From sequence record NC_070999.1: DNA of 64,000 bases; one strand, given 5' to 3'. A program made the position numbers and the translations under genes. The notes beneath the pieces are model-generated. The model made no database searches. It was not told the origin of the DNA and saw only the letters and a program-made list of their open reading frames with translations. Shown here one piece after another: positions 18,292 to 27,308 of this stretch; the first letter of the stretch is position 1; the number at the start of each line of letters is the position of its first letter.

Positions 18292-18663
18292 ATGGAAATG
18301 AAAATAACTAAAGTCATGATAAATAGACCAGGTTGGGTATTTACGGGTCTATTTTACGGGTTTCCTCTTTGCTGCATTAAAGAGTTTTGTGGACTTAAGC
18401 ATATAGGGTTGGGACGAATTAAACTTCAGGGGACGGGATATATACCTTGTTCAAAATGCAGAACAAAGAACGAGGATGAACTAATTAGAGTAATCAGTGA
18501 AAACCGTTTTGATCCCGAACCTTTTCCCGAAGAGTCTGGATGGGATGAGCGAGAAAAATTTGTAAATCGGTTAATTAAAGAAGGTCTTCCTGAAAAATGG
18601 AATGATCTACAACCAGTTCTAAATGAACTAATTAATAATCGTAAATTAGCTAAAAATAAATAA
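18292..18663 (+). CDS. Cys-rich hypothetical protein (possible metal binding)
   Basis: FYGFPLCCIKEF ... GTGYIPCSKC motifs. Confidence 0.7.
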   Translation: MEMKITKVMINRPGWVFTGLFYGFPLCCIKEFCGLKHIGLGRIKLQGTGYIPCSKCRTKNEDELIRVISENRFDPEPFPEESGWDEREKFVNRLIKEGLPEKWNDLQPVLNELINNRKLAKNK

Positions 18664-18683
18664 CTTAGTCTAGGAGATAAGAA

Positions 18684-19127
18684 ATGTATAAAGCTGATGA
18701 TCTTGAAGTAACTTTGGGTCCTGTTGATGTTCGTGTTGATCTCTCTGCACCCCAGGATAGTGTTACAGGTCGTGTTCTTCATAAACTGATGTATAATAAT
18801 ACCTCTTTGTATGAACTCGCGCCTAACCCGTCTGGTTGTCCCCATAATGGTGGTGAACATACCTTTTCTATCACAGGGTCTCGGGTAGACGTTAATGCTT
18901 GGTTGGATCTGCTAAGTGAAACTTACCCAGAAGTAAGAATAATGGTCATTAATGTTAAACGTAAGATTCATAAAGACTTTCTCTCTGGTGAATGGCGTAA
19001 GTACAACCGGATTAATGTGAAACTTAAAGATCTCCAATATCTGGAACAGAAACCTCATCAAGACAAACCTGTTGCTGTTAAATGGTTCCAGAGTAAAGTC
19101 GAGAAGTTTGTTCCTGGTAATAAGTGA
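18684..19127 (+). CDS. hypothetical early protein
   Basis: AGGAG RBS, packed operon. Confidence 0.7.
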   Translation: MYKADDLEVTLGPVDVRVDLSAPQDSVTGRVLHKLMYNNTSLYELAPNPSGCPHNGGEHTFSITGSRVDVNAWLDLLSETYPEVRIMVINVKRKIHKDFLSGEWRKYNRINVKLKDLQYLEQKPHQDKPVAVKWFQSKVEKFVPGNK

Positions 19128-19153
19128 TCAAATATAGTCTAGGAGAGAATACC

Positions 19154-19954
19154 ATGTTTTCAAGAAATAAAGATATTTTTGTTTATTCCAGTTATTGGAG
19201 AACTTGGTCACGCGTTCTGTTGAGAATGGGTGGTAAGTTCAATTATCAACTGGAAGTTGATGTAACGCCCATTAATGAACAGTATAAGGAATCTTGGGAA
19301 CAGACCAAGAATATCCGTATCCGTCGTCACTGCACTGTACATGGACCGAGAGATATTTATACTCATGATCTTCCTGATGAAGTTGTAGAGAGTATGAAAG
19401 AACACATCTCTCAAGAAACCATTGATGTTATTCTCCACTCTGATCTCTACAATATGATCGATTGGGAGCGTTTTGATGATGTTCACAACGCAGGTGGTGG
19501 TGGAGTTCATCTCCTTGATTGTATTAAAACTATTACTCCTATCTTTAGATTAGGGTACGCTAATGATCAAGGTAGTGACATTATTAATGGTGATGTTGAA
19601 TCTTTTTCCAATAAACTCAAAGAAGATTTTGGTAGAGAAATCAACAATAACGAAAGATTGGTCACCGGTTGGATTGAAATTCAATCTCAAGGTACCGTTT
19701 GTATTTACATTACCAGAGATAAAGTGACCGAGGTTTCTACAACACACTTTATAGTCAGGGATGGAAATACCCAATATTACGTAAATGCTTTCATGGTCAA
19801 GTTCCCCAGTGACTGGTATTATGAAATTAAAGGTCTTGTAGATCAGTTGCTGGGTGAGTATATTGACAAACTGGAAATTAGGGGTGAGGTCGATACTTAT
19901 GTTGACCAAGCTAAACTTATTTTGGAATACGATATGCTGTGGGAATTAGTATAG
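19154..19954 (+). CDS. hypothetical early protein
   Basis: Likely start ATG 19154 after the AGGAG RBS (track start 19124). Confidence 0.75.
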   Translation: MFSRNKDIFVYSSYWRTWSRVLLRMGGKFNYQLEVDVTPINEQYKESWEQTKNIRIRRHCTVHGPRDIYTHDLPDEVVESMKEHISQETIDVILHSDLYNMIDWERFDDVHNAGGGGVHLLDCIKTITPIFRLGYANDQGSDIINGDVESFSNKLKEDFGREINNNERLVTGWIEIQSQGTVCIYITRDKVTEVSTTHFIVRDGNTQYYVNAFMVKFPSDWYYEIKGLVDQLLGEYIDKLEIRGEVDTYVDQAKLILEYDMLWELV

Positions 19955-19956
19955 TA

Positions 19957-20484
19957 ATGAGTGAATTAGAACAAGAGTTGTCTTTAATTCTTTCTGAATC
20001 GGTTGGGGTGAGATCCCCAACCTCTACGGATTGTCAACTTATCGAATACATCGGTAAGGATACACCAAAGAACGTAACGTCTTTCAATATAGATAAACCC
20101 GTTCTAACACCGGAACAGGAACTTATAAAGAAAGATCTGTTAAATCGACTGGAACTTATTCCACCAGGAGTAACTGTTTCTATTAAGTCACTTGGATTAG
20201 ATAAAGAAGAACTAGGAGAGTTGTTTAAACATTTGACTATCACTGGTTCTACTATTCTTAATAGTTCCATGGTTGAACAACCTAAACTGGAGTTCTTCTA
20301 TACCAATTACAAAGGTAGCGAAGAAAGAAGAGTTGTTTCAACCAAAGTCCACATCTGGCATGGTGTATCAAAATACCATAAAGATAAACAACATTTCTTA
20401 AGAGCTTACGATTACGATCGTGAAGGAATAAGAGATTTTGCTATGTCGGATATTTCTTGTTTCTTACAAGTTCCTGGATACTGA
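19957..20484 (+). CDS. WYL-domain protein lacking an obvious HTH
   Basis: C-terminal LEFFYTNYKG..ERRVV...IWHG...YH...HFLRAYDYDREGIRDFAMSDI matches the WYL pattern; likely start ATG 19957. Confidence 0.7.
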   Translation: MSELEQELSLILSESVGVRSPTSTDCQLIEYIGKDTPKNVTSFNIDKPVLTPEQELIKKDLLNRLELIPPGVTVSIKSLGLDKEELGELFKHLTITGSTILNSSMVEQPKLEFFYTNYKGSEERRVVSTKVHIWHGVSKYHKDKQHFLRAYDYDREGIRDFAMSDISCFLQVPGY

Positions 20485-20485
20485 T

Positions 20486-20914
20486 ATGAACATATTTAGT
20501 TTACAGCATCAGTTGTTGTTTTATAAGAAAATGGAGTTGTGGGTAAAGTTAAAGAAAACTAAAACACAACTTGCAATTCTCTTATATAAAGAGAAACTGC
20601 ATAAGTTAATCTTTGGTGACCATGTTAGATTTGTTCTAGCAACATGGGATTGGAAAGAAATTAAATATCCCAATGATCAAGTAATTAAATATCGTAAAGT
20701 CTCTTGGTTCTGGACTTATCAACGTTTTGATTTTTCTGAAAAAGAGATCACTACCGGTTATCAACTAGATGGTGAAGATGGGATATATCTTGCCAATGTA
20801 GAACCAGAACAATTTCAAAACCATTTACTGTATCTGGAAGACATTTATAGTAAAGCGGATAATCTTTGTATAAGGCTAGGTATTTTGACTAGTCAAATGG
20901 AGAAACGGAAATGA
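20486..20914 (+). CDS. hypothetical early protein
   Basis: Likely start ATG 20486 just after the previous stop. Confidence 0.65.
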   Translation: MNIFSLQHQLLFYKKMELWVKLKKTKTQLAILLYKEKLHKLIFGDHVRFVLATWDWKEIKYPNDQVIKYRKVSWFWTYQRFDFSEKEITTGYQLDGEDGIYLANVEPEQFQNHLLYLEDIYSKADNLCIRLGILTSQMEKRK

Positions 20915-21369
20915 ATGTAGTAGAAAAATCGTTCAAAGAGTTGATGAGTGATATCCAGGGATTTGCGCCAATTGATGTTCGAGATATCATTATTGAAACT
21001 TTGAAAAACATTACTCATCAAAGTTTTGGTGATAAGAATATCTTTGAAAGCTCTTTGGTGAATTTTAAAGAGCGTGTTAAGTACAAGTACGAAGCGTTCC
21101 ACAACCAACTCACAGAAGAACAGTTTGATGAGATGACAGATTGGCGCAGGAGTTATTCAGAGTTTATTTCCGGACTCTCCATTCCCCTGGTTTCACCTAA
21201 GTGGTCAGTTGGGAGCTCTGCAAGGTTGGTTATTGCTATTCCTGATAATCTCCCTATTCCACAAATCTCAGTTCAGTTTTATGTTGACAATGTAGATAAA
21301 TGGGTTTCTGTTCCTTGTCGCACAAACACCGTGAAAGAAACCATCATGAATTTGTTTCCTCAAGAATAA
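20911..21369 (+). CDS. hypothetical early protein
   Basis: ATGA overlap, GGAG RBS. Confidence 0.7.
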   Translation: MNVVEKSFKELMSDIQGFAPIDVRDIIIETLKNITHQSFGDKNIFESSLVNFKERVKYKYEAFHNQLTEEQFDEMTDWRRSYSEFISGLSIPLVSPKWSVGSSARLVIAIPDNLPIPQISVQFYVDNVDKWVSVPCRTNTVKETIMNLFPQE

Positions 21370-21381
21370 AAGGATAAAGTA

Positions 21382-21924
21382 ATGGAAAAGTTTGATAGTG
21401 TAGTTCCTGTAGACCAGTCCCAATTTGCTAAGAACTTTTTGACCAGAGGTTATCCTGAGTCGTTTGTTCATCCGGAAGAGAACAAGCAAGAACTCGATCT
21501 GGAAAGGGATTTTACCCTCTACCAGTTGTCATTTAAGAACATTATCTTTGGTTTGGTTGCTGTTAACAATAAAACAAGTGATGATCTGGCAGAACTGCAA
21601 AAGCAAGTTTGCGGGATTAAGAAGTACAAGCATCCGTTCCATGATGCTGTCCGTATTACTCCGGTATCAGATCGTTATGGATATAAGTGGTTGGGTCAAG
21701 CGATTGCTAATTATGTTGGACAGTCCCCTATTCAGGTCCACTCTTACATTAACCCTGATCAGAGTGTCGGGATGTTGATGTGTTGTCCTCGTAAGGCTTT
21801 GCGTAAAGGATTTGTTAACGCGGCAGTTTGGCAGGGTGTGGATGACCTTGATGGTGTAAAGTTTGGTAAATTTATTTACCCTATCCTGGAAGCAGGTGGA
21901 TTTGTTAGTGTAGAGAAAGTTTAA
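21382..21924 (+). CDS. hypothetical protein
   Basis: AAGGA RBS; followed by a terminator. Confidence 0.75.
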   Translation: MEKFDSVVPVDQSQFAKNFLTRGYPESFVHPEENKQELDLERDFTLYQLSFKNIIFGLVAVNNKTSDDLAELQKQVCGIKKYKHPFHDAVRITPVSDRYGYKWLGQAIANYVGQSPIQVHSYINPDQSVGMLMCCPRKALRKGFVNAAVWQGVDDLDGVKFGKFIYPILEAGGFVSVEKV

Positions 21925-21938
21925 TAGTTATCAATATC

Positions 21939-21966
21939 CTCTCTAACCGAACATTCGGTTAGAGAG
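21939..21966 (+). terminator. intrinsic terminator hairpin
   Basis: CTCTCTAACCGA-acat-TCGGTTAGAGAG then TTTT. Confidence 0.8.
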
Positions 21967-21992
21967 TTTTATTTAAATCTAGGAGAAGAATT

Positions 21993-22703
21993 ATGGCTTT
22001 ATACAACGTCAATATTAAAGTAGGCGGGTCAGCAAATAACCAATTTTGGGTAGATGTAGATGGTATTCATGAAGACATCGAACTTCCTGAGTTGTTTATG
22101 CTGAATCAGGCAAATGGAGATAAAATTTTAGTTACTCATGTAAAAACTATAAAACAGAATAGATGGGGAGAAAATCCAAGGTATTCTAGAATTTCTCTTT
22201 TTAACATTTCTAAATCCATTCCGGTTGATCTAGAAGAAGTGTTTTCAGTACAACTCGAACTTCCAGATCTACCTGTACCAACACGCTGGGAACATGTCGA
22301 GAAACAGGAAGATGTTGAAATTGTTATAGGGAGTGGCGGGTGTTATACTGGTGAGACGATAGTAATGAATGATGGGTCTTCTGGATGGTTAAAATCTGGA
22401 TGTCCGTTTAAAGCTATAGACGTAAAAACCGGTAATCCAGTTATTGTCACTAGTTCTAGTTCTGAACATAGAGGTGGACATGGCGAGGGGAATATCACGC
22501 TAACCTCTTTATCTATCACCGATCTTGAAACTATGGAAAAATTACCTAAAGACACAGTAATGGTGTACTCCGGGATAGTTGTAAGACCGATAGAAGTTAC
22601 CGACACGGAACGTCATAATAAAATAAAACAAACAGAAGTATACTCATTAGATGGTATTGAGAAGATTACGACTCTGTTTAATAAAACAGATAAAGGAGAA
22701 TAA
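21993..22703 (+). CDS. hypothetical protein
   Basis: AGGAG RBS, 236 aa. Confidence 0.75.
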   Translation: MALYNVNIKVGGSANNQFWVDVDGIHEDIELPELFMLNQANGDKILVTHVKTIKQNRWGENPRYSRISLFNISKSIPVDLEEVFSVQLELPDLPVPTRWEHVEKQEDVEIVIGSGGCYTGETIVMNDGSSGWLKSGCPFKAIDVKTGNPVIVTSSSSEHRGGHGEGNITLTSLSITDLETMEKLPKDTVMVYSGIVVRPIEVTDTERHNKIKQTEVYSLDGIEKITTLFNKTDKGE

Positions 22704-22705
22704 AC

Positions 22706-23209
22706 ATGTTGCAACAAGTGTGTGTACACCAAGGTAAACGAAATCGCTTTTTCATTATGGAACATCAGAATGTTCCTACATTTGTTAAGGCGGTTAAAGA
22801 ATGTAAAGACACCGACATTTATGTCAATGGAGCCATTAAAGGCCAGGATTTAGATAAACAATTCAGTTAATCTCATTTCAAGCTTTGTTTTAGTGTTGAA
22901 CTGGGATTTGGGATTTTAGCTTATGGACTAAAAGAAGCTGACGGTATAGGTATTCCAGGGTTTATCAACAAACACACCGATTGTCGTGAGAGTGTTAATA
23001 AACTAGGAATTGCAGAGTTTATTCGCCAAGGTGAAATGAAGTTCCTACTGGGTACCGAAGATCAAGCGACATTTGACTTCAGTGAGGTAGGTGATGATAA
23101 GTTTCTTGATAAAGTAATTGTTGATAAGATTGACGAAACTTTGCGTAAAGAAGGTCTTCAGTTAACTCCTTCCCAAATCCTGGTACTCAATAAATATATT
23201 AAGGACTGA
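22706..23209 (+). pseudogene. 167-codon ORF interrupted by a single in-frame TAA
   Basis: AAGGAG RBS and ATG at 22706; TAA at 22868-22870 (codon 55); the same frame continues open for 112 codons to TGA at 23207-23209, exactly filling the gap before ORF 23213. Confidence 0.7.
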
Positions 23210-23212
23210 GAC

Positions 23213-23614
23213 ATGAATGAGAAAGAAAAAGGAATCTTAATTATTCATTCACCCACAGATATTGAAAAAAGTAAAGTATTGCAGTACGTTGGTGAACGGA
23301 GGATTGGTAATGGAGTTGAAGTTACACCTGTCATTCATCTTGACCGATTGAAATCTGAAGAAGCTGACAATTTGGGGTTGATTATGGAACCTAGTGGTCA
23401 GATTACAGTTAAACAACCTGTAGTTTTATCTGGTACAGGAACTGTAACTTTGGTGAATCATCTTAATTCCCACTTAGCAGTAATTAATGAAGTTTGTAAA
23501 TCAATCGGTAAGTTATTTAAAGAGAGTGGTTATGAGGGTTGCCGGACTCCAGCTCCTTTTCGTAATGACAAAGCCATTTACAGGCAACATAAACGTCAAA
23601 GGAAACATAAATGA
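23213..23614 (+). CDS. hypothetical protein with basic C-terminal tail
   Basis: AAGGA RBS; ends RQHKRQRKHK. Confidence 0.7.
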   Translation: MNEKEKGILIIHSPTDIEKSKVLQYVGERRIGNGVEVTPVIHLDRLKSEEADNLGLIMEPSGQITVKQPVVLSGTGTVTLVNHLNSHLAVINEVCKSIGKLFKESGYEGCRTPAPFRNDKAIYRQHKRQRKHK

Positions 23615-23874
23615 GAATAAGAGAATACATTATCTTGTTCTGTGGTTCAGTCATGTTATTTGGGTTATTACCAAACTTAATAAATAAAACTGGTAAAGAG
23701 TTTGAAGTTACCTTATTTATATTTGGAATGTTTGCTCTTTGTCTAATGTTAACTTGTGCTACTTACTATATAGAGTGGTTAATAAGAAAAGAGAATAGAC
23801 GGGAATTAAGAAAAGACCGTAAAGATTACAATGAGAATCTTAATCTATTAAATGATTTTTGTAACAAAGATTAA
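23611..23874 (+). CDS. small 2-TM membrane protein
   Basis: Two hydrophobic segments followed by a charged tail; ATGA overlap. Confidence 0.65.
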   Translation: MRIREYIILFCGSVMLFGLLPNLINKTGKEFEVTLFIFGMFALCLMLTCATYYIEWLIRKENRRELRKDRKDYNENLNLLNDFCNKD

Positions 23875-23876
23875 GA

Positions 23877-23909
23877 TCCAAATAGTTTTAGATCTATATT
23901 ATTTAAGTG
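23877..23909 (+). promoter_or_regulatory. phage early promoter motif (copy 4)
   Basis: TCCAAATAGTTTTAGATCTATATTATTTAAGTG. Confidence 0.6.
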
Positions 23910-23942
23910 TTATTCAACCATAATGTTTAAGGAATCTAGGAT

Positions 23943-24326
23943 ATGATGAACGAACTGAAAGCTCAAATCTTCAAAAAGAAGGTCCTTGGTCTGAAGCATA
24001 AACTCCGTTTTCTCAAAGATGACGAAAAGATCCAAGAAGGCGATCTTCACTTTAAGGTCAGTGGTGATGGTGTTTTTAAATTTAAGACCCAAGACTCCAT
24101 GATGGGTTATTTGGAACATCGGACCAAAGAAGCTGAAATTGATAACTGGGAAGGTAAAGTTCTTAAATATCTTTCTGAAAATCTGGATAAGTATCAAGAG
24201 GGTTACAAGCTGATCTTGGTTGCAAGGTTGCTCGATAACCCTGACGATACAGGTCTTTGGTCGACACATTGTTTCGGTGAACCTGTAACTGATTTCCCTA
24301 TGCGTGTTTTCGTACGTAAAATCTAG
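23943..24326 (+). CDS. hypothetical early protein
   Basis: First ORF after promoter copy 4. Confidence 0.7.
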   Translation: MMNELKAQIFKKKVLGLKHKLRFLKDDEKIQEGDLHFKVSGDGVFKFKTQDSMMGYLEHRTKEAEIDNWEGKVLKYLSENLDKYQEGYKLILVARLLDNPDDTGLWSTHCFGEPVTDFPMRVFVRKI

Positions 24327-24342
24327 ATAAGGAAATAACAAA

Positions 24343-24693
24343 ATGAAAAACTTCATAGTCAGTATTATGTTAGTGCTTTGTTCTATCGGGACTGTTCACG
24401 CAGAACAAGGAAGACTGAAACTTCAAGTTCTTCCAGCTGGTAACTACTTGGCGTTTCGTTTGACATCTCTGGTTGATCAAGTAACCATAAATAAGGTAAC
24501 TGTTAACCGAGGTGCGTGTGATCGTTGGTCATTCGGTGATCCTAAACCAGGTACAGTTCTCAAGTACGGTCAAAGTAAGGACTGGAAACTGATGGTTTAT
24601 AATGGTTCTAATGGTGTCGAGTACCCTTGTGAAATTCTTGAAGTTGCTGTAAGTACTCCGGAAGGAACACATACTTTCACAAGAAACAACTAA
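24343..24693 (+). CDS. secreted or periplasmic beta-sandwich protein
   Basis: Sec-type signal MKNFIVSIMLVLCSIGTVHA (VHA cleavage site); the mature part has two Cys. Confidence 0.7.
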   Translation: MKNFIVSIMLVLCSIGTVHAEQGRLKLQVLPAGNYLAFRLTSLVDQVTINKVTVNRGACDRWSFGDPKPGTVLKYGQSKDWKLMVYNGSNGVEYPCEILEVAVSTPEGTHTFTRNN

Positions 24694-24740
24694 CACTTCT
24701 ATATTGTAGTTAATAAAACCCTACCAAAAAGGAATAGATA

Positions 24741-25118
24741 ATGATCAAAGGTATCAAACAAGGTCAAGTTGTAGTTGGTAAAGTTAAACATCCTAAAGTA
24801 GGTATGCTTCCTACCAACCTTATTCTGTTTGCAGTAGAAGGTGAAGTTGAAGATCTTGGTCTGGAACTGGAATGGGTTCAAGAACCTGTAGTGTTTGAAA
24901 CCTCAATTAATCTTGACCATAAAGAAGGTTACGTGAAAGCTATTAAAGGCTTCGCTCGGACTTTGGATAAAGAGATTGGTCGTAAACTGGAATGTCTGGC
25001 TGACTCTATCCACGGATCTTCTTCCAGTTACTATCTGGACGTGTTGGATCCTAACCATTGCATTACACTGCTGCTCTCTAAGAACCACGGTGTGCAACTG
25101 GGTGATCGCTGGAAATAA
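24741..25118 (+). CDS. hypothetical early protein
   Basis: AAGGA RBS. Confidence 0.7.
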   Translation: MIKGIKQGQVVVGKVKHPKVGMLPTNLILFAVEGEVEDLGLELEWVQEPVVFETSINLDHKEGYVKAIKGFARTLDKEIGRKLECLADSIHGSSSSYYLDVLDPNHCITLLLSKNHGVQLGDRWK

Positions 25119-25133
25119 GTATAGGAGAAAGGA

Positions 25134-25583
25134 ATGCTGAAATATCTTTATGGAAAACTTCCAGTAGCAAGTAAGTTGAATGGTGGACGGGAAGAACGTA
25201 TGGGGAGAGCTGATGCTCTCCTCTTTTCTGTCCGTCGTGATGCATACCAACATAAAGAAATGGCTTTTGATGCTTGTTTCATTGCTTTCAATGGAGGGTT
25301 TAGTAACTTCACTCCTAATTTGAAAGAACGACATTTCTACGGGGAAAGTATTTCCTGTCGTGTTGAAACAGACAAGTCAATTATTGATAAGCTGATTGAA
25401 CTGAAGCACACTGGTCGGGTATTCTACACTAATGCGGTAGATAACAAACAAAAACTGTTTGCTATTATCGAAGGTGAAAATATTTATCCTCGTAAAACTG
25501 AGCGTGCCGGTAACTGGATTCCGTGTTCTTTGCAAGAGATGGAAAAACTCTGTAACGAAGAACGTTCCACATTACCTTATTGA
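25134..25583 (+). CDS. hypothetical protein, tandem paralog 1
   Basis: RDAYQHKEMAFD..F....GGF...F.G.S.SC.V shared with the next gene. Confidence 0.75.
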   Translation: MLKYLYGKLPVASKLNGGREERMGRADALLFSVRRDAYQHKEMAFDACFIAFNGGFSNFTPNLKERHFYGESISCRVETDKSIIDKLIELKHTGRVFYTNAVDNKQKLFAIIEGENIYPRKTERAGNWIPCSLQEMEKLCNEERSTLPY

Positions 25584-25599
25584 GTATAGGAAAGAAAAT

Positions 25600-26025
25600 A
25601 TGTTTAAATATTTAGCTGGCGCTATAGATATTAATGAGGAAGAAGGACTTTCAACAGCACTTTTCTTAACTGTTAAACGTGATAGCTATCAACACCGCGA
25701 CATGGCTAAAGATTTCCGTTTTGATCCTATCCATGGCGGGTTTGCTGCTTTGCAAAAAGAAACTCCTAATGAAATGTTCTTTGGGAAATCAGTTTCTTGT
25801 AATGTCTCCACCTGTCAAGAAATTAACCAAACTCTTTTTGATCTAGTTAAAAATGGTAATGTTTACCACTGTTCAAAAGAAAAAGTTAAAGATGTCTGGG
25901 TGTTTCTGGAAAAGAATTACACGCCGGATACTTGGTTAACTTCTGGCTGCGAGTTTAAACAAGTAACAATGGAAGAGTTCAAAGCTAGAACTGACGAGCT
26001 CATCAAAGATCCATATTACTTTTGA
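25600..26025 (+). CDS. hypothetical protein, tandem paralog 2
   Basis: Likely start ATG 25600 (MFKYL, AGGA RBS); RDSYQHRDMAKD..F....GGF. Confidence 0.75.
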   Translation: MFKYLAGAIDINEEEGLSTALFLTVKRDSYQHRDMAKDFRFDPIHGGFAALQKETPNEMFFGKSVSCNVSTCQEINQTLFDLVKNGNVYHCSKEKVKDVWVFLEKNYTPDTWLTSGCEFKQVTMEEFKARTDELIKDPYYF

Positions 26026-26033
26026 GGTGTAAA

Positions 26034-26513
26034 ATGATCGATAAAAAAGAAATTGAAAGAAAATGGATTGTTAATAAAAATAACATCCCTGATATCTTGA
26101 TACCTTACGAGTACAACAACATAGTTCAGTTTTATACTGAAAATGGTGTTAGGTATCGTCTCTGTGAAGGTATTGATTTAAACACCAAGTATTACAAAAC
26201 TGAAAAGTTTGGGGAAGGTTTAGTACGGGTAGAAAAAGAAAGTGAAATCACGAGTACCGAATATAATGAAATGGTAGAAAAACTATCGCCATTTATCCCG
26301 ATCACCAAGATCAGATATAAAATTAAGTTCGGAAAAGATGTGATTGAACTGGACGAGTTTGATACTGGTGAATGTTACGCTGAGATTGAATTTAACTCAG
26401 AGCAGGAAGCTTTGGAGTTTACTGACCCTCCTGCGTGGTTTGGGAAAGAAGTAACAGGGGACAACACCCATAGCAATTTTACCATCTATACTAAAATGCA
26501 ACAGAAGGTGTAA
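26034..26513 (+). CDS. CYTH-domain (triphosphate tunnel metalloenzyme) protein
   Basis: EIERKW N-terminal ExExK-type motif, KIRYKI, AEIEF, PAWFGKEVTGD...SN; likely start ATG 26034. Confidence 0.8.
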   Translation: MIDKKEIERKWIVNKNNIPDILIPYEYNNIVQFYTENGVRYRLCEGIDLNTKYYKTEKFGEGLVRVEKESEITSTEYNEMVEKLSPFIPITKIRYKIKFGKDVIELDEFDTGECYAEIEFNSEQEALEFTDPPAWFGKEVTGDNTHSNFTIYTKMQQKV

Positions 26514-26514
26514 G

Positions 26515-26877
26515 ATGGCTGAACCAGTAGCAAGATTCAATATCTATACTGTAAACGATTTAATCACCTATTTGTCAGCTTGTATAAACGGTGATCAACC
26601 CATCGCTGGGATGTATATAGTCAATACAGATCCTGTTGTTCAGGAAGAGTACTCGACAAAGTTTGGACTGGTGTTATCACAAGTTCCAGTTAAGTACCAA
26701 CCTTACGAACTCGATATTGACCTTATCATTTCTGAGAATGTTACCATAGATCAAGTTATTGGTATCTTGAAGAAAGTCAAAGATCCGTTTACTTTAATTA
26801 AACATATCAGGCTCAAAGGTGCAAGTAATAAGATTTATGCTTGTGTTGATGAGAACGGTTTTGTAATGCACGATTAA
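26515..26877 (+). CDS. hypothetical protein
   Basis: Packed operon. Confidence 0.7.
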   Translation: MAEPVARFNIYTVNDLITYLSACINGDQPIAGMYIVNTDPVVQEEYSTKFGLVLSQVPVKYQPYELDIDLIISENVTIDQVIGILKKVKDPFTLIKHIRLKGASNKIYACVDENGFVMHD

Positions 26878-26896
26878 TTAAATATAGGAAAATAGA

Positions 26897-27250
26897 ATGA
26901 ACATTTTTGATATTGTTGAAGAACAGAAATCCGGTATCACTGTCGAGAACTTTAATAAACTTTGGGATACTGTAACTGGTAGAAATACTCGTTCAGTTCT
27001 TAAAGAAGTGGTTATCAATCTTGGCAATAAAGAACCAAGTGGAAATGAGTTTGCTAAAACTCACATCCAACGTGCAATTAATGTGGCGTGTATGGTACAC
27101 GGTTTTAATGTTGAAGCTTATAAAGAAAGTATTCCTGTCTTGATCTCTGTTAAAGTGATTTACGAAGGTGCACTACAGATGAAAGATCCAGACCAAGTGT
27201 TTAAAGATTTTTCTAATCAATACCTAGAATTGGAAAAGGTTTTTCAATAA
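26897..27250 (+). CDS. hypothetical protein
   Basis: AGGA RBS; last gene before a terminator. Confidence 0.7.
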   Translation: MNIFDIVEEQKSGITVENFNKLWDTVTGRNTRSVLKEVVINLGNKEPSGNEFAKTHIQRAINVACMVHGFNVEAYKESIPVLISVKVIYEGALQMKDPDQVFKDFSNQYLELEKVFQ

Positions 27251-27260
27251 TTAAAGTATC

Positions 27261-27290
27261 CCCAACCTAACCCAATTGGGTTAGGTTGGG
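27261..27290. terminator. bidirectional terminator (perfect 30-bp palindrome)
   Basis: CCCAACCTAACCC-aatt-GGGTTAGGTTGGG between convergent genes. Confidence 0.8.
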
Positions 27291-27308
27291 TTCTTTTACA
27301 TGTTTATT

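Noticed and set aside
22868-22870. Stop-codon reassignment (alternative genetic code)
   Set aside because: All recognisable genes translate intact in code 11 and use TAA, TAG and TGA as real stops. This is a single isolated case.
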